Position numbers and translations under genes: made by a program. Of a DNA stretch of 64,000 nt, positions 38,265 to 52,109 are shown piece after piece (positions within the stretch are counted from its first letter, which is position 1; every line of letters begins with the position of its first letter). Source of the DNA: Octopus sinensis (taxonomy: Eukaryota). The notes beneath the pieces are model-generated. The model had not been told where the DNA came from and did no database searches. It saw only the letters and a program-made list of their open reading frames with translations. Location: the NCBI RefSeq assembly GCF_006345805.1, contig NC_043000.1, positions 106,950,001 through 107,014,000 on the forward strand. Direction: 5' to 3'.

Positions 38265-38850
38265 GTAATCCTTTCTACAGAAGACAGAAGACCTGAAATT
38301 TTGGGAAAGAGAGACAGTCGATTACGTTGATCCCTGTGTTCAACTGGTACTTCATTTTATCGACCCGGAGAGGATGAAAGGCAAAGCCGAGAACGTAAAA
38401 TCAGACGATAAAATACCGCTAGGCTAAAAGAAATAACAGCAACAAGAACAACTGTAATAATCAATAATGATAATCCTTTCTACTATAGGTACAAGGCCTG
38501 AAATTTTGGGGTGAGGGGACTAGTCGATTACATTGACCCTAGTGCTCAACTTGTACTTAATTTATAGAACCCGAAAAGGATGAAAGGCAAAGTCGACATC
38601 GGCGGAATTTAAACTCAGAACGTAACGACAGGCAAAATATTTAGAAGTATTTCGCGCAAGCTAACGATTCTGCCAGCTCGCCGCCTTTGATTTCAAATCT
38701 TGGCACAAGGCCAGCAATTTTCTGGATGGGTGGAAGAGGAAAGGGTAAGGTGATTAATCAACCCCAGTACTCTTATCGATGAAAGGCAACGTTGAGCTCA
38801 GTGGAATTTAAACTCAGAACGTAAAAACAGACGACGAAATGCCGCTATGC
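38265..38850 (-). mobile_element. Cluster of three SINE family D copies
   Basis: Repeated cctgaaatttt..gtcgattac..atcgacccc..gatgaaaggcaa..aaactcagaacgtaa. Confidence 0.75.
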
Positions 38851-39129
38851 TAAAAGAAATAACAACAACAATAACAAGAGGAAGGAGGAGGAGGATGTGG
38901 AGAGGTGGTGGTGGTGGTGGAGGAGGAGGGGGTGGTGGTTGGAGGAGGGGAGGGGAGGGAGGAGGAGGTGGCGGTGGAGGAGGAGGGCGGAGAGGTGGGA
39001 GGAGGAGGTGGAGGTGGAGGAGACGTAGAGCAAGGTTAAAAAGAAACTGAGAAACACTGTAAACTCAAATACTAATAAATATGTTTATAGGAATTATGAA
39101 ATTTATACTTTTTAATTAATCCATCTTTC

Positions 39130-39540
39130 AAATTAATTTTTTTTTTTCAATTAGTGAAAATGAAACTGCAGGAAATTCCTGAAATACAGAAAATATCCTG
39201 AATATTTGATAAAAAAAAACTATTTCCAATTAGGAATTGAAATATAGTTGAGTGCAATACGTTTGGCAAAACATGATACTATCAACAGCTTGAAGTAAAT
39301 TTTTATCTAACCCATCCAATTCCTCACGATAAAGAGAAAAAACCTAAAAGGTAAAATATGAATTTGCTGCAATAAAAGCTTTTAGAAATACTAGTAAATT
39401 AATGAATCGATTGTTAGTTTCTTTTAAGAAATTAGTTGAAAAGATTTGCCTGTTGTTATTGCTAGGATTGATACCATATTTAGAGTAATTGTGCAACAGA
39501 CAAATTCGAAAAGTAAATAATTCTATTCAACTATTTGGCA
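39130..39540 (+). pseudogene. Decayed LRR-like coding relic paralogous to 56100-56480
   Basis: IKAFRNT (39372; gct versus gcc at 56319) and N[N/Y]SIQLF in both copies. Confidence 0.45.
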
Positions 39541-39552
39541 ACGCATATATGT

Positions 39553-39596
<44 letters not shown>

Positions 39597-39609
39597 ATAT
39601 ATAATATGT

Positions 39610-39642
<33 letters not shown>

Positions 39643-39719
39643 TATATATAATGCACATAGGCGCAGGCGTGGGTGTGTGGTAAGAAGCTTGCTTCCCAAC
39701 CACTTGGCTCTGGGTTCTC

Positions 39720-39819
39720 NNNNNNNNNNNNNNNNNNNNNNNNNNNNNNNNNNNNNNNNNNNNNNNNNNNNNNNNNNNNNNNNNNNNNNNNNNNNNNNNN
39801 NNNNNNNNNNNNNNNNNNN
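39720..39819. other. Assembly gap (100 N) with about 1-kb duplicated flanks
   Basis: 38712-39719 is repeated at 39820-40806 with mainly homopolymer and microsatellite indels. Confidence 0.95.
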
Positions 39820-40654
39820 CAGCAATTTCTGGATGGGTGGAAGAGGAAAGGGTAAGGTGATTAATCAACCCCAGTACTCTTATCGATGAAAGGGCAACGT
39901 TGAGCTCAGTGGAATTAAACTCAGAACGTTAAAACAGACGACGAAATGCCGCTATGCTAAAGAAATAAAAACAACAATAACAAGAGGAAGGAGGAGGAGG
40001 ATGTGGAGGAGGTGGTGGTGGTGTGGAGGAGGAGGAGGTGGTGGTGGAGGAGGAGGAGGAGGAGGAGGAGGAGGAGGTGGAGGTGGAGGAGGAGGTGGAG
40101 GTGGAGGAGGAGGTGGAGGTGGAGGAGACGTAGAGCAAGGTAAAAAGAGAACTGAGAAACACTGTAAACTCAAATACTAATAAATATGTTTATAGGAATT
40201 ATGAAATTTATACTTTTTAATTAATCCATCTTTCAAATTAATTTTTTTTTTTCAATTAGTGAAAATGAAACTGCAGGAAATTCCTGAAATACAGAAAATA
40301 TCCTGAATATTTGATAAAAAAAAAAATATTTCCAATTAGGAATTGAAATATAGTTGAGTGCAATACGTTGGCAAAACATGATACTATCAACAGCTTGAAG
40401 TAAATTTTTATCTAACCCATCCAATTCCTCACGATAAAGAGAAAAACCTAAAAGGTAAAATATGAATTTGCTGCAATAAAGCTTTTAGAAATACTAGTAA
40501 AATTAAGATCGATATTGTTAGTTTCTTTTAAGAAATTAGTGAAAAGATTTGCCTGTTGTTATTGCTAGGATTGATACCATATTTAGAGTAATTGTGCAAC
40601 AGACAATTCGAAAAGTAAATAATTCTATTCAACTATTTGGCCAACGCATATATG

Positions 40655-40740
<86 letters not shown>

Positions 40741-40747
40741 GCACATA

Positions 40748-40912
40748 GGCGCAGGCGTGGGTGTGTGGTAAGAAGCTGCTTCCCAACCACTTGGCTCTGG
40801 GTTCTCTCCCACTCTCCACTGCATGGTACCATGGGCAAGTATCTCCTAATACAGGGCCAAACAAAGACTTGTTAGTGGATTTGATAGACGGAAAGTGAAA
40901 GAGGCCCGTCGA
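40748..40912 (+). mobile_element. SINE family A, 5' half
   Basis: gcaggcgtgggtgtgtggtaagaagc ... ggatttgatagacggaaagtgaaagaggcccgtcg. Confidence 0.8.
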
Positions 40913-40997
40913 ATATATATTGGTGTTCAATCAAACGATATCATAATAATATATATACATGCATATATGTTTACATACATTTATAATATATATATAT

Positions 40998-41044
<47 letters not shown>

Positions 41045-41055
41045 ATATATATATA

Positions 41056-42302
41056 ACGGGAAGCTTTATGAAAATAAACAAAAGACGAAGGCAGGTGGAA
41101 AACAAACGAACAATGTATTAGTATGGCGCTCAGGAAATATAAATAAAACAAGTCTTTAACGTTTCGAGCTACGCTCTTCAACAGAACAGAAGATACACAG
41201 AGAGAGAAAAACACAGAAAGAAGGAGAGAAAAAAATGCGTTGCAGTAGCTAACGAATCAACATGGCGATCTGATTTCGGCCAGAGGTCAAAGATCAAACA
41301 TGAGACGCGAGAGCGAAATAAGGGGAGATAATAGGGTTGAATAAAAGGGTTGAGGGACCAGCTAAAAGTGCGTGGGAGGGGTCTGGATGTGTGTATGTAT
41401 AGGGTTGGTGTATGTATTAGTATGTATAAGGGTGTGTGTGTGTGTGTGGTGTGTGTGGGTGTGTGTGTATGAGAGCGTATTAGTGCGTAGTTAAGATTTG
41501 TATGGGAACGTGCGTATTATGTATGGGGTTGGTGTATGTATTAGTATGTATAGTATGTATTAGTACGTATGGTATGTGATAGGTATGTGTGTGTGTGTGT
41601 GAGAGAGTATAGTGCGTATGCGGGGTCTGGACGTGTGTATGTATAGGGTTGGTGTAAGTATTAGTATGTACTAGTATGTATTAGTACGTATTAGTATGTA
41701 TAGTTGGGTGTGTGTATTAGTATGGCACATCATATGTGATGTGATGTGTAAAGTCATGTGGTGTAGTGAGGAGATGGGGGAGGGGGGAGAATGGGGGGGA
41801 GAAGAGGGGGGGGGAGAAGGGGAGGGGAAGAGAGGGAGAGGAGAAGGGGGAAGAGGAGAGGATGGGGGAGAAGGAAGGGTGAGGAGGGGAAATGAAGGAG
41901 GAAAGAGGGAGAGGGGGAGAGAGGGAGTGAGGGAGCAGAGGGAGGGAAGAGGGAGGGAGAAAAGAGGGAAGAAGGGAAAGGGGAGTAGGGGTGAAAGGAT
42001 GAAGGACTGAAGAAGTAGGGGTCGGGGGGGAGAAAGGATAGGTGGGAGAGAGGGGGGAGGGGGAGAGGGGGGTTAGATGAGGAGGGGAGGAGAATTGAGA
42101 CCAAATGGCGTATATAAGAGCGAAGAGAGAAGATTAATTACTGTTCACGGCGCAAACGGGAATCCGGATGGCCTCTGTGTAAGGACAAACCGACCACCAG
42201 ATAGGTGTTGCAAGGAGTGACCGGTGGAGCGGAAATGGCGTGAGCGTGAGACGGTGTGTCGTTCGCAAGGTGGATGTCACGAAGTTGTTCCGCGAACGAT
42301 AA
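41056..42302 (-). mobile_element. Penelope-like element 3' end (GIY-YIG C-terminus plus terminal repeat)
   Basis: 42300-42090 translates with frameshifts to FAEQLRDI..NDTP..RHFRSTGHSLQHLS.VGL..RLRREQ*LIFSL..YTPFGLN; followed by a purine tract and the hammerhead-like motif at 41152-41193; ends at (TA)n. Confidence 0.82.
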
Positions 42303-42325
42303 TGTATATATATATATGTATATAA

Positions 42326-42362
<37 letters not shown>

Positions 42363-42390
42363 ATATATATATTATATATATATATATATA

Positions 42391-42422
<32 letters not shown>

Positions 42423-42427
42423 GATAG

Positions 42428-42496
<69 letters not shown>

Positions 42497-42535
42497 GATA
42501 GATAGATCGATAGATAGTTAGATAGATAGATAGAA

Positions 42536-42960
42536 AGGGAAAGTTTACGAAAATAAACAAAAGACGAAGGCAGGTGGAGTACAAACAAACAAATGTATTA
42601 GTATTGCGCTCAGGAATAGAAAACGTCTTTTATGTTTCGAGCCTACGCTCTTCGACAGAAAGATACACAGAAAAAAAGGAGAGAAACAAGGAACAGGACA
42701 TCGCCAAACAGTAATCATGAACTACGAAAGCAAATGAGTTCAATACGCAAAAACAACGAGAGAAACAAATGGAAAACAGGACAAATAACATAAAAAATGA
42801 TCCTTCGTCAGTTGTCGGCTGTCTACCTACTCCTCAATTCGAGCATTGAACGACAATATGAGTCTTCGAAGACAATCGCTCCCATACGTGCCAAAATAAA
42901 ATTTGGGACTTATGGTGGGTCAAAGTTGGGAATAAAAGCAGGACAGTGGAGACAAACAAT
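42536..42960 (-). mobile_element. Penelope-like terminal-repeat derivative
   Basis: Revcomp tcttt-ctgtcgaa-gagcgtaggctc-gaaacat-a-aaaga (42625-42663) and shared 3' segment. Confidence 0.7.
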
Positions 42961-42975
42961 ATATATGTATACATA

Positions 42976-43017
<42 letters not shown>

Positions 43018-43449
43018 ATATATATTATATATATATATATTACATATGTATGTATACATAGGCACGTTAACAAATGTCTATATCCACAGCTTGATGGGTT
43101 TAGACGTTCACACACACACTAAACACATTTCTGTACATAGATACTTTACATCTATGTGTATAAGAATAGGCACATACATGTAAACAAGTGTGCGTGAATA
43201 TATATATATATATAATATATTATATATATTATATATATATATATACGGTATGGTTGTACGTATGTATGTATGTATGTATGTATGTATGTATGTATGTATG
43301 TATGTATGTATGTATGTATGTATGTATGTATGTATCTGTTTGGAAGTTTCAATGTACGTTGACCAGGCACCATTCGGTAGCAGAGTGTGTGTGCCAGAAA
43401 GAGAGAGACAGACAGACAGAGACAAAGACAGAGTGAGAGTGCATGTGTG

Positions 43450-43497
<48 letters not shown>

Positions 43498-45289
43498 TGT
43501 TTAGCTCTTATCTGTTTGACTGCAGCTGCGGAAATTTCAAAATTTTTGGAAAATTTTAAGATTTTGTGTACTAATGTAGTTTTTCAAGTTGAATCTCTGG
43601 AGACATTTCACTTTTTCCAGAATTTGTTTTTTTTTTAATTATAGTGTTTTAAGGTTTGATAGCTTTTACTTTCAGAAAACAGGATTTGGAAGCCGTCATT
43701 TTGTGCATGGCGTGTTTTAATATGAAAACTGTACATAAATCAACCTCTGTGTTACGCATGACATGTAACCCCTGATAACTTTTCGATTTTTCTAATTTTC
43801 TAATTTTTCGCGTATTTGTATTCTACACGCGGGAATTTATACAATTATGAAATAAATTGGTAGTGGTGCATTATTTAAGGCTTATTTCGCTGTTGTCTTT
43901 AGCAAATCTCTCGACCAAGGTACAAGCAGCAGATGAGCACAGGCAGCAGAACACAGCGTCGATGCACATGCTTTCGCATAGAATATATTAATCAACACGT
44001 GCTATATAGAAGACAAAAGATTTCTTGTGTTTGGTGTGTTACTATGGAAACAGGCATGAATGTGTTTGTGGCTTACTATTGGCTAAAATTACCCAAAATT
44101 TGCAAAATTTGAAAGCTAATTTTTTATTTATTGATTTTATGGCGAATATTAATATCATAGCATTGATTAGCATATAAAACTACATCATTACACCGAATAT
44201 GAAATCAATTCGAACAGAAATTGAAGAGATTGAAAATTGGCAGCAAAACAGAAAAGATCCATGTAGATGCTACGCAGTCTTTATCAACAATAAGCTTTTA
44301 CATACGTATATATAATACAAAATGGAACAACAAAACATCCAGATAGACGATACAAAGAAAAAAAGGACGGAGACGGGTCATTCAAAATTTTCTTTCCTCA
44401 GTCAAGTACCAGATTATCTTCGCAATTTCGGCTGATTATACTTGAGATAGCTCCAATCTGGCCAGCCCCAGGGAAAAACTAAGCTAAGAGCATTAGATTC
44501 CTTGGAAGAAAGCAGCGAATGTATACAAAAACAAGGACGGTAAAAAACGGACAGTGTTACACAAATACAATAAAAATAATAACAGGACATAACAACAGGT
44601 GTCTTTCGACTAAGGATGAATTGAATTAAGCTGGCGTGTGTAGAAATAATGATCAGTTGTCTCATTGGAAACCATGCCACAACTTTCATTCTTTGAAGAT
44701 TCAGGCGTATTAATGAGTATCCTGTTGTCACACCAATAATTTATACAACTATGAATTTATGAACACAGGCGAAGACTAGCTCCGTCAACTTGTCTTTAAT
44801 TTATTTACTCTCTCCCAAGAAGTTCTTAAGCCCACAGACAATTTCTGCACTGAAAATTATGAATATAAAATCAAGTTCATATGTTTCTGCCGCGCAGAGC
44901 AGAATCATATGAAATTATAATTTCATTTTACTTATTTTCTTTCATTTAGTATATTTTATGTGTCATGTATTTGTAAGAAGGTAACACTGATGATAGTCAT
45001 TCAGCATGAAATAGATTCATCGTTCCACCAGAGGGCGTCGTGAAATAACTGTTGGTGTTTTGACACCAATTGCCTAAACCGAGAAGTTTCTCCATGGCAA
45101 TTTGCTGTGAAAACGGCTTTTTTACAGGTCAATATACTTCAAATATACTTGAACTTATCAAAATGTATGATTAATTCACAACACTGCTTTCATGTGCCCG
45201 CTACATACATACATACATACATACATACATACATACATACATACATACATACATACATACATACATACTTACATACATACATACATAGT

Positions 45290-45333
<44 letters not shown>

Positions 45334-45424
45334 TATATACACACACACATACACACATACAAATTCACGCAGATAGATACATACACATATGCATAGGCAG
45401 AGAGGCAAACAGACTGACAAGCAA

Positions 45425-45515
<91 letters not shown>

Positions 45516-45564
45516 CACATATGAATGAGTGTATGTTCCTCCAATCTTAAGAACTGCGTTTACG

Positions 45565-46254
45565 TATGTGAGGGGTTACCCAAGAGTAACCGGGAAACGT
45601 TCTCTGTGGGACAAGCCCATTGTAGTTCAGGCTTCCACCGTTAGAAGCCACTTGATGCGACCCTCAGACATCAGTATGCCGACCAGCATCGTCGAGTGGA
45701 GTCGTACTGCCACGTCGTGCATCTTTGTTTTGCTGTGCTTTTCCCGCTTCGTCGATTTTTGCGATGGCTGAAACGAAGGGACAGCAAGCTTCTGTGAAAT
45801 TCTGTTTTCTGCTGAGGAAAAAGGCGGCCGAAATAATTGTCATTCTTCAAATATCTTACAAGGCCGCTGCCAGGAGCAAAACACAAGTTTACGGGTGGTT
45901 TCCACGCTTTAGGAATGGCCACTTGTTTGAAGATCAAACTCATTCAGGGTGACCGTCGACCTTCCGAACAAATGAAGACATCACGAAAATTCATGAACTG
46001 ATCTTGAAGGACCGTAACCGAACAATTGATGAACTTGTTGATATGACTGGTGTGTCCTGGAGATCCTGTGAACGAATTTTGAACGAGGAATTGGGAACGA
46101 AACGAGTTACAGCAAAATTTGTGCCTTGCTTGTTCATGGAAGATCAAAAGCAGTCACGATTGAATGCGTGTTGTGAACTGAAAGAACAGTTGGAAGTTGA
46201 TCCGAACCTTTTAATATTGTGGAATTCCAGTTTCTTTTCGGTATCTCCCTGGTA
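45565..46254 (+). mobile_element. Internally deleted mariner (irritans-like N-terminus)
   Basis: MAETKGQQASVKFCF...VYGWF.RF..G...SG*PST...RTIDEL...KRVTAKFVP; starts tatgtgaggggttacccaagagtaaccgg; possible degenerate right TIR at 46220-46254. Confidence 0.75.
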
Positions 46255-46591
46255 CATCTGTATGTATGAGTATTTACGCCTGTAAGTAAGGATAAACATA
46301 TGCATGTGTGTATGTATGTGTGCGTGTTTACTATCACTTGCCAAATAATTCGGTCAATTCTAAATTAGTTGTTTATGAATGCCTTTATACACAAATAGGT
46401 TTCCTATGTATGAAGTTCTTTGTTTCCTTCTCTCTCTAATTTTCGGTCTGACATCCCTCTAATTAATTTTCATCCTTTCCTTTTGTCATGCTTTGAAACA
46501 TTGGTCCTACCTTCCTAAAAATATTCTTAAAACCCCACACATTCCATCTTCCAGTCTAGACTTCTGACTATACCGTAAGTCACTTTTCTCT

Positions 46592-46633
<42 letters not shown>

Positions 46634-46839
46634 CTTCTCTCTCTCTCTATTCCTTTCTCCCTACTCAAATTTCCTCCATCACTCTCCAAATCCCTCCCAT
46701 ATTATTCCCCTTTACTTCAACTCCATCAATTATTCGTCACAACTCAAATGACCGCAGTTTATATCTCTTCACGAACAGAAAGGTCTGAAAATTTAGATAC
46801 TTCATTTCCATGGTAACTAAACTTATAGAACTGTCCTAT

Positions 46840-47156
46840 GCATACATGCATGCATGTCTGTATTCATGTATGTATGTATGTATGTATGTATGTATGTATG
46901 TATGTATGTATGTATGTATGTATGCATGTATATATACATGTATGCATGTATGTGTGTATGTATGCATGTATGTATGTATGTATGTATGTATGTATGCATG
47001 TATATATGTATGTATGTATGCATGCATGTATGTATGTATGTATGTATGTATTCATGTATGTATGTATGTATGTATGTATGTATGTATGCATGTATATATG
47101 TATGTATGCATGTATGTGTGTATGTATGCATGTATGTATGTATGTATGTATGCATG

Positions 47157-47190
<34 letters not shown>

Positions 47191-47935
47191 TGTATGCATG
47201 CATGAATGTATGTATGTATGTGTGTGTGTATGTATGTATGTATGTATGTATGCATGCATGTATGTATGTATATATGTATGCATGCATGTATGTATGTATG
47301 CATGCATGTATGTATGTATGCATGTATGTATGTATGTATGTATGTATGCATGTATGTATGTATGTATGTATGTATGTATGCATGCATGCATGTATGTATG
47401 TGTGTGTGTGTATGTATGTATGTATGCATGCATGTATGTATATATGTATGTATATATGCATGCATGCATGCATGTATGTATGTATGTGTGTGTATGTATG
47501 TATGTATGCATGCATGTATGTATATATGTATGCACGTATGCATGTATGTATGTATGCATGCATGTGTGTATGTATGTATGTATGCATGCATGTATGTATG
47601 TATATATGTATGCATGCATGTATGTATGTATGCATGCATGTATGTATGTATGCATGTATGTATGTATGTATGTATGTATGCATGTATGTATGTATGTATG
47701 TATGTATGTATGCATGCATGCATGTATGTATGTGTGTGTGTGTATGTATGTATGTATGCATGCATGTATGTATATATGTATGTATATATGCATGCATGCA
47801 TGCATGTATGTATGTATGTGTGTGTATGTATGTATGTATGCATGCATGTATTATATATGTATGCACGTATGCATGTATGTATGTATGCATGCATGTGTGT
47901 ATGTATGTATGTATGCATGCATGTATGTATGTATG
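46840..47935. repeat. 1.1-kb (TATG/CATG)n compound microsatellite
   Basis: Direct inspection; source of the long spurious MYVC/HTYI ORFs. Confidence 0.97.
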
Positions 47936-49020
47936 TCATTATTCAGTTTTTTTTCCACATTCCTTGCCAATAGAGAAAGAGTCGGTTTCTAATCTAGATC
48001 CAAGGCTCTTTCATTGGAATTTCAACAACATCAAGAGGGTATTTTTTATGTATGTATGTATGTATGTATGTATGTATGTATGTATGTATGTATGTATGTA
48101 TGTATGCATGTATGTATGTATGTATGTATGTGTGCAGATTTGTGTGTTTTGTTTTATGTATGTTTACTGCATGTAGTTGCATATCTAGACACGCACATAT
48201 ATACTTAAATGATAAACTTTTGGAAAGTTTTACAGAATTTTACAGTTCCAGTGATGGATTGGATCTGTAGTCTTCGAATCAGCTTTCGCTTTCCTGCCTA
48301 ATTGCGAAGCCTAATTTCTCAAGATTGGTATTTAGGCAGTGTGTTACATATTCCAGTTCCCCAGTAATTACAGCTATAAACATGAACTTGTAATCTAGAG
48401 AGAGTACCGGCTGATTTCTCAATATGTATGTATTTTTTTTTTAATTCTGAGTTTTATTTAAGTTCTTAGGAGAGTTCAAGCCGGTCGCAAACAAAGTGGC
48501 AAGATTTTTTTAGTTAAGAAAGTTCCCGGTATTTGGAAATATGTGGTTTGAGTTGGTGTGTTGGCTGAGTTGTCGATGCACACACTTGGCTGTGGTCACC
48601 TAAAATATCTCAGATGGAAAATCTTTGGAAACTCATGCATATTTTGTTTACATCCAGTGATGTAGACAAGTCTTTTGAGGCAAATGCATAAGCTGTCTAG
48701 AGTGTGGGATTAGATTTGTGTAAGGCTTTCCTCACTTTAAAATGCTTCAAGCTTGATTTCTAGCATTTCTATTATAAGTTGCATACGAAAGCAAACCGTG
48801 GCCAAAAGTGGCAAAACACTTTATAAAAAATTCTATGATGGAATAAAGGTATATATGAATATGGGTGGTAACTCTTTGAACATCCGCTGCATCGAGCACC
48901 GATCGTTGCCACATCTGTGTAAAAGGATGTGCGTCCTTGGCGAACTGAAAAGACAATTCTGTGCTGCTTTAAGAGAACAATCAAATGATGACATTACTCC
49001 GAATCATGTTGCAACTATCA
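47935..49020 (-). mobile_element. RLE-type non-LTR retrotransposon 3' fragment inside (CATA)n
   Basis: Minus strand ..IAVITGELEYVTHCLNTNLEKLGF..KLIRRLQIQSITGTVKFCKTFQKFII* (frameshifted); 3'UTR with (CATA)n; paralog at 63573. Confidence 0.65.
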
Positions 49021-50012
49021 TGTATGTATGTATGTATGTATGTATGTATGTATGTATGTATGTATGTATGTATGTATGTATGCATGCATGCATGCTTTTA
49101 TATTTACGAATATGCGCATTTATGAATTTATGCATATATGAGTGTATGCATGTGTGTCTCTAAATGTGAAGGAAATGCTATATAATATGGTAATATGTAA
49201 TGTGAAATTTGAAGACACCCCAAGTCTTCAAATGACTCTTAAGACTGAGTGATTAGCTCCCTTTTTATGACGTTAAGTAAGTGTAGATAGAGCATAGTCT
49301 ATGACAGATATGGACAACCTTTTTCGAGAAGCCAACTGCATGAAATACGGCTTATCAGACGGCTCGCACATCTAGAAAAATTTAAGGCAATTGTACGTCG
49401 TCTTGTTATTCAGAAACTTCTGCGGTTTGCCCCTGACTGGTCTAAGACATGTAATATTTCTGGATGTTCTGGTCACATGTGTAATGGTAAAAGTAAACAA
49501 CGAAACACTTGAAGTGGACTCGAAATATTAACCAAATTCACCCAAAGATACAGCTATTGGGTAATGTTGCTTGCAGAACGCATGTATATTCTAATGTTAG
49601 TAATTTTCCGACTTCGTCTCGCCATTGTAATTTACAAAATGGCAACTGTAAAGAGACATATACGTCTGAAAATTGATTTGATCTGAGACCGTGCGTTGAA
49701 ACTAAAGCAATTACATCGTGGAAAACACATTAGCCATTCGAAAACATAAAATATAAAAAAACAAGCACTTTTCAACTTTTCACTTCACTTAAACATTTAT
49801 TACTTCGTGTCAAATTTTTCGTCACACTAACTCCGATTTGTTCGCTGACATAGTTTCATTAAAACTGCGGTTGAATGACTGTCATCCATACCGTAACTGC
49901 TTGCAGCCATGAAGAGTTTTTTTTGCAAACAAATTTTGCTGTAACGTTAGAGGGTTCTTATGCCAATAATAAACACACACGTTGGTTCTATTTTACCTCT
50001 TTTATTATTATT

Positions 50013-50050
<38 letters not shown>

Positions 50051-50073
50051 TATTATTATTATTATTATTATTG

Positions 50074-50135
<62 letters not shown>

Positions 50136-50138
<3 letters not shown>

Positions 50139-51422
50139 TAGTTTTATTTTTATAGCGTACTTTCACTTCACTACCGAGCGCAGTTCTGTGTGCCTTGGGT
50201 ATGTGCTGTGATTTGTTGTGATGCTCTGATGGTTATTGTATGGAAAGTGTTCTGCGTAGGATGTGTGCAGTGCCTAGTAGTGCAATTTTCTGTATGTTAT
50301 ATGTGTTTGTAAGTCCTGGTGTTTTTGTTATGTATTTGTCTGAATATTTTTTTATCATGCCTAATGCACCTACTATGATAGGAATTGTTTCTGTTTTCAG
50401 ATTCCACATTCTAGTTACCTCTATTTCCAGGTCTTTGTATTTTGAGAGTTTCTCCATTTCTTTTAGAGACACGTTGTCATCTGCCGGTATTGATACATCA
50501 ATTAGAAAGCATTTTTTTTCTTCATGATCTCTGACAACTATATCTGGTCTGTTGGCCTTAATTTCTCTATCTGTGTGTATCGGCATATCCCAGAGTATGG
50601 TTGCTTTCTCGTTTTCTGTGACCTTTTCTGGTGTGTGCTTATACCATCTTTTTTCTGTTGTTATTCCATAATGTTGGCATAGCTTCCAATGTATGTAGGT
50701 TCCAACTCTGTCATGTCTGTGAATATATTCATTCTTAGCCAGGACTGGGCAGCTAGAGATAATATGATTTATTGTTTCTTGTCCATCTCCACATATTCTG
50801 CAGTTACTTGTAATATTTCTTTTCATTACATGTTTTTGGTAATTTCTGGTGGGGAGGCTTTGGTCTTGTGCTGCAATTAAAAATCCCTCTGTTTCTGCTT
50901 TGAGTCCTGAGCTTCTCAAACATTGCTGGGATTTTTCTTTGTCTATTTCTTTTGCGTTTAGTTTAGTGCAGTATTTACCATGAAGGGGCTTTTCTTGCCA
51001 TCGTTTTATCATGGTTCGTTGCTATTCTATTTTTAGTTTGGATTTCATTTGTTTTATAGCTTCTGTTGTTTCTTCATCTTCTTCTTCTTCTTCTTCTTCT
51101 TCATATTTATTAGGTGGTATGATTTCTTGTTTGTATTTGTCAGCTTCCTTAAATACTGAGAACAGTTTTTTATTTTGCTCGTGTTTTGCCGCTATTTGTA
51201 TCAGTTTTCCTTCCTTCTGAAGTAGATATTTTTGCAGTCCTATGGTGGTTATTTTATAGTAGTTTTCCAGCTGTATAAGGCCTCTACCACCTTCTATACG
51301 TTGTATATATAGTCTTTCTATGTCAGATTTTGGGTGATGCATCCTAGATCCTGTCATTATTTTTCTTGTTTTCCTATCTATTTTGGTCAGTTCATTTCGT
51401 GTCCAGTTAAGGATATTGTAAC
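50136..51422 (-). mobile_element. 5'-truncated R4/Dong-clade LINE inside (TAA)n-type repeats
   Basis: CRICGDGQETINHIISSC zinc knuckle, RPDIVV...LIDVSIP...EK..KY restriction-like endonuclease, IPIIVGALG; trinucleotide arrays on both sides. Confidence 0.95.
50233..51420 (-). pseudogene. R4/Dong ORF C-terminal part (post-RT region, CCHC, RLE) with one premature stop
   Basis: ORFs 51022-51567 and 50233-51012 are in frame, separated only by TAG at 51022-51024. Confidence 0.9.
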
Positions 51423-51792
51423 TTATTATTATTATTATTATTATTATTATCATCATCATCATTATCATCATCATCATCATTATTACCACTACCAGAACTA
51501 CTACTACTACTACTACTATTACTACTACTACTAATAATAATAATAATAATAATAATCGCTCAACCAATCAACTTGGTTAATCAGTCTTTCCCTCAGTAGT
51601 GACATGGCTTCTCTACAACTGGTCAGCTCCAGCTTTGTCTGTTTCTGCCTAGTTCACAGATTATTTATATTTATGGGGATGTGAGTGAAAATATCTGAAA
51701 GAGGGAGAAAAAGAGTGCGTCTGCGTCTGTGTCTGAGTGAGTGAAAATGTGTGTGTGTGAGTGTGCGTGTGTGTGTGTGTGTATGTGTGTGT

Positions 51793-51840
<48 letters not shown>

Positions 51841-52066
51841 TGTGTGTCTTTGCACGCTTCTTTGGCATAATGTGGTTCTATTGAGTGCATGAGAGAAAAC
51901 GTGTGGGTGTATAGGTGTGTGGAAATACCCGCGCGTGTCTGTGTGTATGTACGGGGTGGCCTCTGCGATAGGTGTGACGGGTTAAACGTTTATCTATTTA
52001 TCTATTTTACGATTAGTGTTTTTTTCTTTGTGAATGGTGTAATTGTGTGCGTGCGTGCGTGCATGC

Positions 52067-52109
<43 letters not shown>

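Noticed and set aside
44987-45060. CUGAUGA with two downstream GAAA words
   Set aside because: No consistent stem II closure or valid NUH triplet next to a stem I
46810-48176. Long ORFs (up to 440 aa) of MYVC/HTYI repeats, and similar YI/CV/poly-amino-acid ORFs across the window
   Set aside because: They are translations of (TATG)n, (TA)n, (TG)n and trinucleotide microsatellites that lack stop codons
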